DNA of 55,129 bases from Dicyema japonicum (GCA_011109175.1 RDEW01000002.1:418759-473887); one strand, 5' to 3'. Positions 38,662 to 52,199 are shown, counted from the first letter of the stretch. Made by a program: numbers and translations. Notes: generated by a model from the letters alone, not told the origin.

Positions 38662-38849
38662 TGTCATTAATTTTCTTGTTGTTTCTTGTTTCAATTCTCC
38701 CAAACAAGTTACATAATAATTTTGTTAATTATCCTATTCCAAGTAGCTCTTTTCTTGTCATTAATTTTCTTGTTGTTTCTTGTTTCAATTCTCCCAAACA
38801 AGTTACATAATAATTTTGTTAATTATCCTATTCCAAGTAGCTCTTTTCT
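38662..38849. repeat. Perfect 94-bp tandem duplication just after the stop codon of copy C
   Basis: tgtcattaattttc...gtagctcttttct twice. Confidence 0.9.
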
Positions 38850-39260
38850 AGTATTATCACTTAAAAGGTCAAAATATTCTGCATTTTCAACTCTTTCATA
38901 TCTCGTTACAATGGGATACTTGCTGATTCGCAATTTGGCATCTGCAGACACCTTTTTGCAGTCAAAATTTTAAGATTCCTCATTGAATGCATATGAAGCA
39001 TCGATTGTATTCGAGATCTTTAAATAATCAAATACAACAGTCTGTGACCAGAATTTATAAGCAGACCGCTGTCGCAGATATGAGTGAAGTCATAGATGCT
39101 TAGAAAATCTATTTTTTTAGATCGCTTAGGTCAATGATATCTAAATTGAGCAACCTTTTATAATAATTGTAACAATCGATTTTTTGGAATAATAAGCTCA
39201 AATTTATCATATTTTTTCTAACTCCTTATCATTTTTATTCTTCGCGATGAACACCAAGAC

Positions 39261-39460
39261 ATTATTATTATTATTATTAAAGCACTTTCACGAAAGCCAA
39301 AATGATTATAGCCCCACATGTGCAACACTCAAAGAAACAATATTTATACTTAGTCTTTTCCATCTTCCTCTGTCGAATGCGAGTGATCTCAATTCGTCCA
39401 GGTCGTCTCCCGTTTTTAGATTTTTTCTAACACGATTTATGTTTTCTCACACGAGCACTG
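39261..39460 (-). mobile_element. RTE LINE 3' end with (AAT)n tail and TSD
   Basis: KNLKTGDDLDELRSLAFDRGRWKRL. AGACAT duplicated at 39257-39262 and 39461-39466; empty site accaagacatac at ~33209. Confidence 0.8.
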
Positions 39461-40820
39461 AGACATACGTATTTTTTCCCTATTAAAGCTTAGGAAGCAT
39501 TGCAGTATTCGAAAACTTTAAATAAACAAATACAAGAGTCTTGACCAGATTTCATGAGCAACCGTTGTCTCCGAGACGATTGAAGTCAAAAAAATCCGTA
39601 AACACAGGGTCATCTCTGAAGAAATGTGCCAGATTTTTTAGTGTGATTTTTGAAACCTTGAAAAAGATTTTCGATAGATCCGCCAACCTTGCACATTTTA
39701 CTTTTAGCCATATGGGAATTGTTATACGAGGACTTATCGTAACAAGCTTCAGAACAAACTTCTCGTTTTCTCAAATTTCTTGATGATAGAGTCGATCTTT
39801 TATAAATCTTACCATCCTTCTAAACCATATAACATTGCAGGTAGTATCGCAGTGTTGAAGACATAAACAAATATCTCCGACTTAAGCTTTAATTTTCTAA
39901 CGCAGTAAAGAGCGTTCGTATTTTTTTTCTTTCGTATTTTAGTATGTTCATAAAATTATCTTCCTCGTCAATTAATAGGCCAAGGTATTTTATAGTCTTC
40001 TTTCGAGGTATGTCTTGTAACAAGCTATTTTGGTTAGCCATCCTCTGCTTCCAGTTATCCTCAGCATACCAGACTCATGTGCCACCGAAAGGAAGTTTTC
40101 ATTGCACCACACTTTAATCTGGTCCATGTACTTATCAATCGTATCTCAGAAAGAAACCTAATAAATTATGACGTCATTAGCGTTATCAAAATTACTGTAC
40201 GTCGGTTTTCTGTGGAAGGAAATTCACTCATTACAATGTTAGATAATATAAAACTGAGCACAGAATTCTGAGGTACACCTCAAATTTTACGAAATTCATA
40301 GTTAAAAAAATTAACAATTGACCGTCTATCCGATAGCAAACCTAGTATCCAAAAATAGAGTTCCTTTTTAATGGCACAATTCTCTGACGAATAAATAGAC
40401 CATGATGCCACACACTGTCAAAAGCTTTGGATATTTCAAGTCAGACTGCGGTCAAAAACCATTTAGTTTCCAAAGCCTTTACAATTGACGCGTTAACACT
40501 GTACAAAAAATCTCCACAAGACCGATTTTATAGAAAACCCCACTGATGCTCCTGATTTACATATCATCCTGACCTCCGTCAATTTACAATGCGAAGGTAG
40601 ATGACCCAACCTGATACTGCACGAATAGAGACATCCCAGATATTCATAGAGTACCTTATGTTTGTCAGATCAGAGCGTAATAGAGCAGGCTTTAACTCTA
40701 ATAAAGCTAGGTTGAGTTTATATGGATTGGTAGATGAAACAACCAATGTCACCAAACGTAATCGGTCGTAACGGTGCATTTTTATCATGAAGAAAATTCT
40801 CGATAAGATAAGGATACTAA

Positions 40821-42156
40821 CAGGGTTGTTAAAAATCATAATTTTTATGAAAAAATCGAAAAAAATCTGATTTTTTTGAATTAAATCGGATTTTTTTGAA
40901 TTAAATGATTTTTATTCAAAAATAAAGTAAAATAAAATTAAAAACAACAGAAATCGTTTTTATTTATTTAAAAGCTTGTAAACAAAGAACTATTTCGCAC
41001 AACTGAAGGGATCATTCCGTGGCAGGGCTAGAGTGACGTTGCCTTCAGTACTAAATGATGACCCAATCCGAATAAACAAAACTCTACGAAATGGTGAAGA
41101 TCTTGACTCACTACGAGCAATGGCCCGGAACAGGGGAGCATGAAAGAGGATGTGTGGGAGGATACTGGACGTGGCACAAGGGGAACTTAATTAATCTAAT
41201 TAATTTTTGATTTCCCGGGAGTGCTTAAAAAAACAAAGACAAGTTTGGCAGCTTGTTCAATTCTGGGAATTGAAAATTAACTCAAGAGTCATGGCAATTC
41301 ACTTTCAATTCCAGCCTTTTTCGTACATTTTAATGTAAGACTCTAAACGTCGAAAAAATTCGTTCTATTCCACCTGTGTAGGCAACTGCTCCAATAAATT
41401 TTTGGCAGAGTGAAATTACTTCAGAAGGTAAATGGTAAGAGATCGATATATAGTTTGAGTTGACTCCAAGGCGAGGTCAATCTCAACAGTTGAATGAGAT
41501 CTCACAAAACGTGTCGGATCCATTAGATTCGCAAGTAAGTGGAAAAGTGTTAATGCTTTATTTAAAATAGTCGTACATTCATACTCAACATAAGTCTGTT
41601 CAAGTTCTTTCCAAATTGCAGAGGCTAAACCAACAGATTGAAGATACTCCGCGGTGTGGCTATTTCCAGTGGTGTCCACAGTGTCAATTAGATAGCTTTT
41701 TCCATCCGATGTTACAACTGACACACAAATAACAGATTCATTATGAATGTTACTCCACCAGTACAACATCATAGACGCTGTCTTGTCCGGGAGTCTTTGC
41801 CGACAGTCTTAATGTATTTGGTCGTACACACTATCGAGCAATAGACCACCAATTTGATGACGAGAGGGTAACGATACCCAGAAAGAAGCATTTGGACAAA
41901 TTTAACAAATTCTGGATGTTCTACAGCAGCAAAAAAGTGTCGCTGGTATTGACCTTGTAACTCCTTCCCGCAATTACGGGATCTGGCTCGACTCTAGGTT
42001 TTACTACGAATGATACGTTTATCGAAGTGAACCCACAAAGCATCACGCTTTATTCCAAACATTAAAAATATTTAAATGATTTTTTTGATTTTTAATGATT
42101 TAAATAATTGATTTTTTTGTTGATTAAAATCAAATGATTTAAATCTAACAACCCTA
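40821..42156 (-). mobile_element. Non-autonomous hAT transposon with both TIRs
   Basis: Left CAGGGTTGTTA, right TAACAACCCTA, degenerate 8-bp TSD GATACTAA/AATACAAA, subterminal GATTTTTTTGAATTAAAT repeats, DUF659-type and dimerisation remnants. Confidence 0.85.
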
Positions 42157-42493
42157 AATACAAAGATAATTTTTAGAGTGCATTCTTCCAATTGTCATCC
42201 ACATATTTTTCACTCGTATACAATTCTTGGGATTTGATCTTCAGGATACGAACCTTTATATCAAAGATGTACCCGTCCTGCAACCGAGCAAGACTTTTAT
42301 TAAAAATAAGAGAACAATATTTCTCAAGGTGAATATTATCCTCACTTTTTAACTTCCTTTTATTAACAATCAATACATCAACGGGATTAGTGGATAGCAT
42401 ATGCACAATCTCAGAACGCCTTCTCTTTAAGGATCGGGCGTTCACTGAAATGATAGCAAGAACAGACTTCATACTTGTAGAACCTCAGCCTCT

Positions 42494-42687
42494 CCAATAA
42501 AAGGGCCAACAAATTCCTGACGTCAAATCACTTTTTCGGCACAAATATAAACTAACTTTCAACAGCATTTATCAATTCCAAGTCTGCAATCCAATAAAAG
42601 AGCCAACAATTTCCTGACGTCAAATCACTTTTTCGGCACATATATAAACTAACTTTCAACAGCATTTATCAATTCCAAGTCTGCAAC
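42494..42687. repeat. 97-bp tandem duplication
   Basis: ccaataaaag...ccaagtctgcaa twice with a few substitutions. Single copy near 25957. Confidence 0.9.
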
Positions 42688-44048
42688 TAGACTTTCCACC
42701 TAATTAAAAGTACCGACAGTATTCCCTTTGCTCATGTAATTGGTAACAATGTTTGTATTTTAATAGGTTCGGTTAGTATCCACTGTCGATATTTTCGCCT
42801 CTAATTTAGTTAAAAAATCACATTTTATGGGGTGTTAGATTTTCCACTTTCACTTTCAACAGCCTTAGCTTTAACCAACTTAACGGGCGAATCACCTTCT
42901 TCGTCATGTCTTTTGTTTTTCTTTCTTCGAAGGCAGCCTTTCCTGAAGAACAACTACCATAACAAACCAAATGATTAACTGTCCCGCAGTTAATGCATTT
43001 CCTTTCACTGTCCTTAGACAAACAAGATTTCAAAATGTGTTCTCCACCACAAATTAAGCACCTTTCCTTTTCCTTGCAGAATTTCGCAATGTCCCCAACT
43101 TTTGACATCGATAGCACCTAGTCACTGGTATTTTGTACCATTCAAAACGAACTTTTTGGAACCCAAACACCATCTTCAGTCTCACTTTTGACGTGGTTTC
43201 GAATCTAGACTTTAAGTTAATTTTCCAACATGAAGACAGCGCCCATACTTCATAAAACGTTGGAAAAAGAAACCAGGTCGTAGAGTTTCAGTAAAATAAA
43301 GATTCAATTCGTTCCTTACTGGCAGTCGCTGTGTTTGTTAGTATGTTAAAACGTTTAATCCATCCCAAAGCCATATTTTTATTTTCCAGATTTACTACAA
43401 AAGACTCATAAGTCAAGTTAGACGAAACAGCTCGTCCTGATACAACAATGTATATTGTTCATCTGTGAGTATTTCATTCCCATTTATTGATTTAGATTTC
43501 ACTGTCGGTTTTCCTTCATTAACCAGTTTTTTTTTCTTGGTCGTTGAATCTTTCTCAAATATTCCTTTTGTTGAAATTTTGACACACATAACGCAATTAT
43601 TATCTACTATCAAAATCCATCACTTAATTTACAGTGCTTTTTCTTTAAAATAACTTAATAATAAGTAAGCTGATAATATTCTTTTGCTTTATTTTAGTAT
43701 TAATAGATCGAGTTCTTGTAAACAAAATTCAACCCACATTGATAAAATTAAATGTTGTTGCCGATATAATGGTTTATTCTTATCTCTTAAAAAATGTACA
43801 GCTTCATGGATTGTGAATTACAAGAATAAATAAAAGATTTGTATTAATATTGCAGCACTCAAATGCCTGGTACAGTTGCAATATCTTGGTGGTTATGTAA
43901 AATCAAAGGGTTCCTTCATTAATTATATCAAGAAAAAGAGGGAAAAGCTACGGCGATGTAGAAATCGCTTCTACGTTTTCAATTGAGTCCGGAAACTTTT
44001 CCTCACGTGTATGCAGCTAGTATAGAACCATTCTTGATTTATGGCTTC

Positions 44049-44240
44049 CAAGGATGGTTTGAAAGTGATGCGAGAAGTACACTTGTAGAGCTTCTCGATA
44101 AATTGAGGAGATATGCTATTTAACGGGCATATGGATTTGATTTACAAGGATGGTTTGAAAGTGATGAGAGAAGTACACTTGTAGAGCTTCTCGATAAATT
44201 GAGGAGATATGCTATTTAACGGGCATATGGATTTGATTTA
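44049..44240. repeat. 96-bp tandem duplication
   Basis: caaggatggtttg...atttgattta twice with one substitution. Single copy at 132-227. Confidence 0.9.
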
Positions 44241-44439
44241 AAGTCTAAATTACTGCGTAGTGATGAAAGACGTGTATATCCATTAAGGAAATATTGTACC
44301 ACATTAAAAAATAATTCCTGTCGGATGCAAGGGTCAATATTTGTCTCGTTATACCAGACACCATCAACCAGGACAAACTCGTTTGCTTCTTCCTTTTTAT
44401 TTAGTTTTTAATTAGTAACGAGTATGTTATGCTAATAAA

Positions 44440-45960
44440 ATTATATATCTATCTAACCGGTTTATGTGTTGTGCAAAATAAATACTGTTATTAAAGACTT
44501 TTACTATGACCTCGTTAAAAATTCAAATAATAATTATGAAATGATGATAATTGGAATAATAGTTATGGTAACGTCTCAATTCAAAGAGTTCTCTATAAAA
44601 AAAATTGAAAAACGTGGCAAAAGATTACATATTGCAAAACTAAAACTAGAAAACCGTGGAGAAGCTCAGTCTTTAATTAGACTTGGTTTTAATAATAGTT
44701 TCTCACAATTCACAGTGAATGGTTCAAAAAACCTGAAATCCAATGCTTTCACTGTCAGTTATTCGTCATATTGCGCGTTTCTGCAAAAACGTTGAAAGAT
44801 GTTTGATTTGCTCAAAAACCACAGAAGGTCGGATTGTCAACTTGACTTAAAGAACGGTAAAAATTTCATAAATTGTGGATCAACTAGCCACATGGCTAAC
44901 TGCGGAGCTTGCTCTTGTGCAAAAGCAGCTAATAAACTCGAGATGATAAATTTTTACCTCAAAGTAAACCTCGCAATGAAGGTGTTGCTAAAGGAAGTAC
45001 TGTTGCCAGGAAGATCGGAGACAATAAAGATTTGGCCAAGCCAACTCGAACAAGATGGAATCGGATCACGCCTAAGAATACGACCTCGGATATTGGAATG
45101 TAGACGGATAGACCACCAGTGTCTTCAGTTGACAATGGATCCCAAACTCAGTCACTAAGTCAATCAGCGAATCCAAAAGACCCGAATGGACAGGAAGATC
45201 CCACAGTAAACAGATATATTCAGGAAGAGGAAAGTGTTCATAATATTGTTGATAAATTATCTAAAAATATTAAAAACATGTCAAGAAGGAAAAAAGATGC
45301 CAAGTTTTTTGGCTGGTGGAGCTCCTAAGAAGAAAAGACAGCCATCAAATAAGTCAGATATAAACAGGATTACCCTGGTTAATGCCCGACTCTTAAAAAG
45401 CGGGCTACGGAGCTGGTAGCCTGACCAGCGCTGTTGAGATGGGTGTATAAATTATTAATGAAACGAAGATAAACTTGGAATGATTAATATACATAATTCG
45501 ATTAATTTTTCCATGGCTAACAGTAACCTCTATTTTCTAAAAAGAGTATTAAAACGCGATTACCTAGAATTGTAGAAGAGAATGTCTGCGAATTATTATG
45601 CATTGATTTGTACACTTCTATTGGTTGGGTAACAATTGGTGGAATTTACTTAAAAAAATAAAGGAATTATCCAAGGATTATAAAAGATTTTTTTGATAAT
45701 AATTTAAACTCAATCCTTGTAGGAGATTGTATTGCAAAAAATTAGCATATGGTTGTGTGAAAACTAATTTTGACGGCAAATGTTTATTGGAAATAATGGA
45801 ATCAGAAAATTTAGTAGTTTCTACGTCTAAAGAACTTAATCATTTTTATCAGCGGAGTGCTGGTATTTGGGTATTTTTGTTATGCAAGAAAACCTCGTTT
45901 TATTGACGGGTAGCCCTATGTCAAAATGATGTAAGGAGTGATCACTCACTTCAAACTTTC
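44440..45960 (+). mobile_element. Jockey/I-type LINE ORF1 and APE relic
   Basis: Knuckles, then ITLVNARLL, INETK, ILVGDCIAK, DVRSDH. Confidence 0.7.
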
Positions 45961-46079
45961 AAGCTGTGAAACAAAGTTCGACAAAAATTCCAAGCCCAAC
46001 TCTCCACACAATTTGATAACTTTATCAAGCTCAGAGTCAAAGGTATCTCCAGTTGCGTAACTTAAGACTACTTAGACAA

Positions 46080-47440
46080 CGCGACTTCAGCTCGCAAGGG
46101 ATGAAAAGTGGGATTTAGAGAGTCTCATTGCTGAACTCCTATGAGTGAATAATCGATATCGCTTCCATAAACTAAAGCTGAGTTGTCTCATACGATAGGT
46201 TTACTAGTCAGCCAACCTTTGGAGCTCTTTTCCAACAGGTTTCTAAATAATTTCTCTTTTCAGCGAGTTGAAGGCATTTGATATTAAGCTTCAGGCCTAG
46301 CCTTTGGGTCAGGGAATTATTGTTGTTGAAGTAAATCCTCAAGGCTTAGACTGCGGCCTCGCAACCACGGATCACTCCCACCCCACAGCTCTTCAGCACT
46401 ATTGTGGGAGACTTTCCGGGCGGCGATTTTGCAGCAAGGCTTTGAAATTATGTACTGATCTCAATTGGGCGAACACCATCTCTTTTTGCTGAATGCCAAT
46501 AGAATCTTTTTTTCACAAAAAAAGAAGATCTCTAGCAAATTTTAAAATATCACCATTAACTAATCTAGTGAGCATCAAGGTGATAAACGTTAACAAGTCA
46601 CGGCCGACTTTAGCAGTAGTTCCGGATGTTACGTTTTTTACATGGCTTGGGCACAGTTTGTCCAGACCTCCGCAGCTACTGAGAGGAAAGACATTATTTC
46701 ACGCACTACATCAAATTCAGTGGAAGTAAATGCCGGGAGGTCTTCTGGCATTGTCAAGTTCCGTAGTTCGGTGGTGGAGTAGGGAGCTTCATTCTCAGTA
46801 ACTCCAAGACTTCAATAGTGATTCGTCACAAGACACTACTCTAACAGCTGCGCGAACGCCCCCTTCCATCAGTTTTCGGTTCACTCTTTTGAAATGTTTT
46901 AGAATTTTTCTGTATACATCCAGCTTCTGTAGACAACTGTTTAGGCCAAAGTACTTGATCAAGCTTGATTCCTGAGTCTTGCTGCGTTGAGGTTGCCAAA
47001 AATCCAAAAGTATTTTTAAATTTTGAGGCTAATGATCAGTTGCGAGCTTGCTCTGAGGGGGAAATTCCTAGGGTCATAGGTGCAAAGCTCAGTAGACGTA
47101 TCCAAGAGGCCTAGTCGCTGGTACTGATAGCTCTATAAATTAAAGACGTGAGGTATTCAGCAGTGGGAATTCGAACGGCCTTTGGTGTTCTCAGAGGAAT
47201 CCGTCTACCTTTCCGACTCTCCGATAGGCGTAACAAAAAGGGTGATGAGTGAATATTGCCGGATGACGGCACCGAGCGGGGTCGGTATCCATACAGTATG
47301 CGCAGTCCTATTAGTAAAGAGATCTCGCAGCCAAATTCGACATTCGGACTCACCCGAGGTGGTAAAATCTCTCGCAGATGTGCAATTTAACACGTACCTC
47401 CTGCGTTGATATAACCAGAAGACACGCACTGCTCTTTCGA
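46080..47440 (-). mobile_element. CRE-clade relic, N-terminal region to RT4 (extended paralogue of 27610-28600)
   Basis: DGVRPIE, GVIRGCEAAV, LKLNIK..FNSL-like remnants. Confidence 0.65.
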
Positions 47441-48089
47441 TCTCGCATGTAAAACTAGTACTTCTTCAAATGTAACGTGATCCAAGAAAGGTACGGTGAA
47501 CAGACTCAGAATTGGCTTGATTAGTTTTCTAATGTTCTTTTTTGATTTTTTTTTCTTTTTCTCTTTTTTCTTTTTTTTTCTTCGTACTACAACGATAATG
47601 CACCAGAGCTATAAAAAATGAGTCAAAGTCACACTAAAATAATTTGTATAATAATGTTTAAGTTAAAAAAAATTATCGATCTCGTTGACCACATTAATTT
47701 TTTTTTTTTTTTAGTGAAAATTTATTAACAATAAAATATTATTTATTAACTATGGGGGAGAGCGGCTGCTGACATCACGGAGTAAGCGTTTCCGCGAACA
47801 ACTACGATACCACATTAATTAAAAAAATTTTAATTTTAATTATAATTTTGCCTTTCTGTAGTAAGTGAGTCAGTTTCAATTGTAAAGGGATCTTAAAATA
47901 AATGACGCTTTACAGTGTGCAGTGTGAAGTAAAACTTTCTTGATTAATGAATTAATGAATATGAAATTATTACAATTATAAAATCAATATTAGTTTTATT
48001 TTTTCGAAATTATTATAATTTAAAAATAAATTCATCAATATAACAAGTGACCTAAATTATACACATCGAAGTGTTGATTATACATTTTT

Positions 48090-49268
48090 ATGTTATTGTT
48101 AATGATTTTGTCCTCAATCACGAATATCAAATTCAGACATAAAATGTCATTATATGGAAATTGTTTATTGACAAGTACTCGTAAAAATGTATTTTATATA
48201 TAATAATAATGGTAGACTAAAAATTATTCATTTGACATTCATCATGGAATAACTTTTAATGATGGAATGAATTATAAAATCCAAAGAAAAAACTTAATTT
48301 TCAATTTTTTTGGTGGATTCTCAGAGGAATTCTACAACCTCTCAATAAAAATAGAATTAAATTCTAGTGATTATTATTTAACACTTAAAGGTGATGAAAT
48401 TTATACGAATACAATAAATCTTCCAAATATTAAATATGGAGAATATTACAGATGTGGGTATATCTCCGTAAATTTTGACAATACTTATTCTCTCACAATA
48501 TATTCTATGACGGCAGAATTGTTCACTACAGATTTACGTCAATATTTAATTGGAAGGGGTTTGAATTTTGTTTAATTCAGCAAATGACTGTGATCCATCT
48601 AACGATCCAAATGTTCGATATTGGTATTTTATTGCCGAAAATAGACTAAAAGCTATATTAAGTGTGAATTTTAAAATCATATATTCTAATAATCAAATTC
48701 ATAAAAACGTAAATTGTGTATTTCTATAGTTGATCAATGAATTCTTATTTTCAGACCAATATATGAATACTACGATTTATTTTAGAAACAATAGTGTCGT
48801 GTTGTCTATCATAGGGATACATTTTGAAATATTTTTTACATTTATATTGTATCAGAACAAATATTATATCTCCAACATTCAGTTAATCATAGATAGCATG
48901 TATACTCTGTCTTGGAGACCTAATAAATCCATATTGGTTGATGCTAGGAATTCATGTACCTCCGACTTGCTTATTGCTAAATTTACTGATGACATATATG
49001 CTGAATTTTCATTATTTAAGGCACAAATTCTTCGGGATGATTTGAAATTCCGTTATATTGGGAACGGTTTAATTTTTCTTGAATTTTAGAGTCGGGGTGT
49101 TTTGAAAAAATAACTTCTGGAAAAAATAAAAATTATATTCATTCAAAAATTTTTAAAATTATAGGAATTATATTCACTGTTCGAACACTTGCAATCATCG
49201 GAGTCATCGCATTTGTTATGATTAAACGTCGAAATAGGATAAGACCAATGGAATATATTTTTCTTTAA
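48090..49268 (+). CDS. LAMP-like type I membrane glycoprotein, apparently intact, 361 aa
   Basis: Exons 48090-48188, 48216-48558, 48581-48708, 48730-49066, 49090-49268 splice into one open frame. Two Cys-paired domains (GEYYRC...NDC; RNSC...SGC), several NxS/T sequons, TM segment, KRR, C-terminal YIFL (YxxPhi). Confidence 0.75.
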
Positions 49269-49393
49269 CGGCTATTAATTTTTTTGTTATTTTTATTTTT
49301 TAATTTTTTGTAATCCCAAGCACGTTCAAAATAATTTGTTAATTATCCTTTTTTAAGAACCCCTTTTCTTGTTTTATTTCTTAAATAGTCACA

Positions 49394-49690
49394 GCCGGGT
49401 GGTTTAGTAGTTAGGTGTCGGGCTTAAGTGGCTTAGGCTACGGGTTCGAATCTCGCTGCTGTTCACCTGGTGGAAGGTTCCACGCATCTAAGATGCAGAA
49501 ATGGTTTGACGAGTGACGCCAGAACTGGATTGTCTATAAAGTACACTCACACAAGAAAAAAAAGAAGTGAAGATCATTCCTTGGTTCTACGATTAGTTAA
49601 ATTAACTGTTCTTTACTTAAATAAAGTGTATGTACTGCCTATGCGGAGCTATAAATACTATGGCTCTCGTGAAAAGGCTATATTATTATT
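49394..49690 (+). mobile_element. tRNA-Leu-derived SINE, full length (same insertion as 1193-1490, duplicated)
   Basis: TSD TAGTCACA at 49386-49393 and 49690-49697. Empty site taatagtcacaatc at ~32585. Confidence 0.9.
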
Positions 49691-50769
49691 AGTCACAATC
49701 TTCCGCATTTTTATGTTCCTTTCTCTCTGTTTTAAATGCCTGATTCGACCTGGGGCATCCACTAATACCTTTTTGTAGTCAAAATTATTCCGTGTTAAAA
49801 TCTGGTGAGGCATCGCGAGCATTTGGGAACTCTAAATAACTAACTACAAAAACCTCTCATCATATTTAACGTGCAGTTCGTTGTTGCCGAGTAGAATGAA
49901 GTCTTTACCCCAGACGGTCTCTTTTTTAAAATCGTTTTCTCAATGATATCGAAAATGAGCAAAAAGTTACTTTCTATATGAATTGTAACAATCGATATTG
50001 CGGTTTAATTATTTTGAATTTTTTATATTTTTTTTGAAATTAGAAAGGTTAAATGCAAAAACTAACAGTTAACAATAACTGCCTGCTCTCATAATTTAGA
50101 ACCCATTTCTCCGGACGATTGTAAGAAAATAAGCTCAATGGGCCAGCTCTTTCTCTCCTATTAGTTTCTTCGCAATGAGCGACCCGATTCTGTTTTCAGG
50201 ATTAATGACATGCTTCATATGATTCCTGACGTTTCCTCTGCGACTGGTTCAAAAATTAACTGTCAACCAAGACATACTTATTTCTTTATCTTTAGGGTCT
50301 CATCTTACTCGGATGCAGAGCCTGGATTAGTTATTATTATACAAGGTTTGAGGGAGATAGGCTATCCCACAGGTGGCGTCCTGGTCAAGGTACCGATTAC
50401 ATATATGCTGAATTTACAATTTCTTAGCGATTAATTGAATTTCCGTTCTATTGGAAACGGTATGAATTTTTATAACTTTAGTTGGAGTGTATTGAAACAA
50501 TTCCACCAAAAATGAGTAAATATTAATTAAGCATGTTTTTCCATTTTGGTAATAATGGGTTTATTTTATTGAAATCAGAATGATCACAGTTTTCCTTTTT
50601 TCTCAATGGATTGTTCGATTCGTTATGAGTCATGCACAGTCACCTTTTCGCACTTAAAATTATCAGATTCCGCATTGAATGCTGGGGAATCATTGCGAGC
50701 ATCCAAGAACTCTAAAATAAAAAAATCACTAGATTTCACGTGCCTTTGGTTAGGAGCGACTCTAAGCAG

Positions 50770-51705
50770 ATCTAATTAGACAGGAAATCTTGCCGACTCA
50801 TGTCCCCAAGCAATAACGCCGTTGATTGCGTTGTGTCTTAAACTCCTCCCAGCACTCCTCCGACAGAAAAACGTGAAGACCTTTAGTATTGACAGAAAAA
50901 GGAGTCTGAAGAAGAATAAAGACGTGTGAAGATCTAGGACTTTTAAGTTGGATGTGAATAGTTAAACGGATACATTTTTCTCTACCAGGAGAGTAGACAT
51001 TTTCTGCCATATTGGGAAGAGTCAAGAAAAATTGGGTGACTGAAATAATTAGAAATTGTAGCCACTCACGGATAAAGTCGTCCTCTCCAAAAGCAACGTT
51101 AATGATTTCACATTTATACGGAATCAGTTCCAACGCAAGCGCGGCAAGTGCATAGATGGCGGACTCAACCAATGCCACTACAATTTCCCGATTTCCACTG
51201 ATGGTCGCTTCACTCATAAGCTCACCTGATGCTGCACAATCGATGTCGAAGACAATGATTAGGGAGCCAAGGGGTCGCCTTTTTGGACTTTAGTTTTAGA
51301 TTCGATGATTTGTTATTCAAAGGTCAGTGTGCATGTAGATTGTCCCCGACTATGACCTTTTTTATTATTTGTTTGCGTAGATCCTAAATGTGTTTTTTTA
51401 TTCTGGATGATGAAGGTGAATAGTCAGCGATTGAAAGACTTCCCAGTGACCTAATTAACAGTTTCGTATTTAGAGGCAATTCTCCTGATGATTTATTTGA
51501 GGTTTACATTTTTCCGTGGACAAGAGGTGCAAAGCAGAGAATGCGCAACCATGAATCTTGAGTAATAACATTGACTGCCCTGGTGATTAACTTTGAAGGA
51601 TAGGAGATAGCTGTCAAAGACGCCGACCTTGGGATCTTGTATAGGATAGGCCTGTGGTAGTTGTTTAAACTGTGGGTTTCTTGTTTTGAAGTCCCCAGGT
51701 ACCAC
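50770..51705 (-). mobile_element. CRE-clade relic (duplicate of 2740-3560)
   Basis: Near-identical to 2740-3560. Confidence 0.55.
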
Positions 51706-51854
51706 AGTTGTGTGTCAGTATTGGTAATAAGAGCGAGGTGTTATTTTTCTTTCAAATTTTTTTTAAGTTCCAAATGTGTAATAACTTTTTAAATGATCCA
51801 GTAACCAGAATTCTTAGGCGGATAACATTTAATTTGAATACAGCTGTCCTCATA

Positions 51855-52101
51855 TTATTATTTGTTATTATTTATTAACCCCAGATACACCGAGAAAGAA
51901 GTTAAAGTAATCAACTAATTAAGTGTATCCAGTTTCCACTTCTATAGAAACAGAGTCCATCCGGAATTAGCATAAAGGGTAAGACGTCCATTACATGTAG
52001 TTGTCGAAACCCCTCCAGTGGAGTGGCGAAGAGCAAATGATATTTTTTCATACCGGCCTGGCACTGGGCGTCACCTAGACAGGTGGATCACATGACGCCA
52101 C
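51855..52101 (-). mobile_element. Short element with the LINE-like 5' module (duplicate of 3715-3956)
   Basis: Near-identical to 3715-3956. Confidence 0.65.
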
Positions 52102-52199
52102 TCTATTAAGAAAAGAGATGAGGAACAGACAAGCAAACTGTTAACTTGATGTTCCTTGCCTTATTTGTTCCATGAAGCAACAAACTCGTAGCATTCGAG

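Larger units (their letters stand above)
39990..43300 (-). mobile_element. Jockey/I-type LINE (ORF1, APE, RT) interrupted by a hAT
   Basis: ORF1 knuckles at 42818-43150, APE IISVNARSLK at 42173-42472, RT0-4 remnants (LPSHCKLTEVRMI...) at 39990-40820. Confidence 0.7.
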
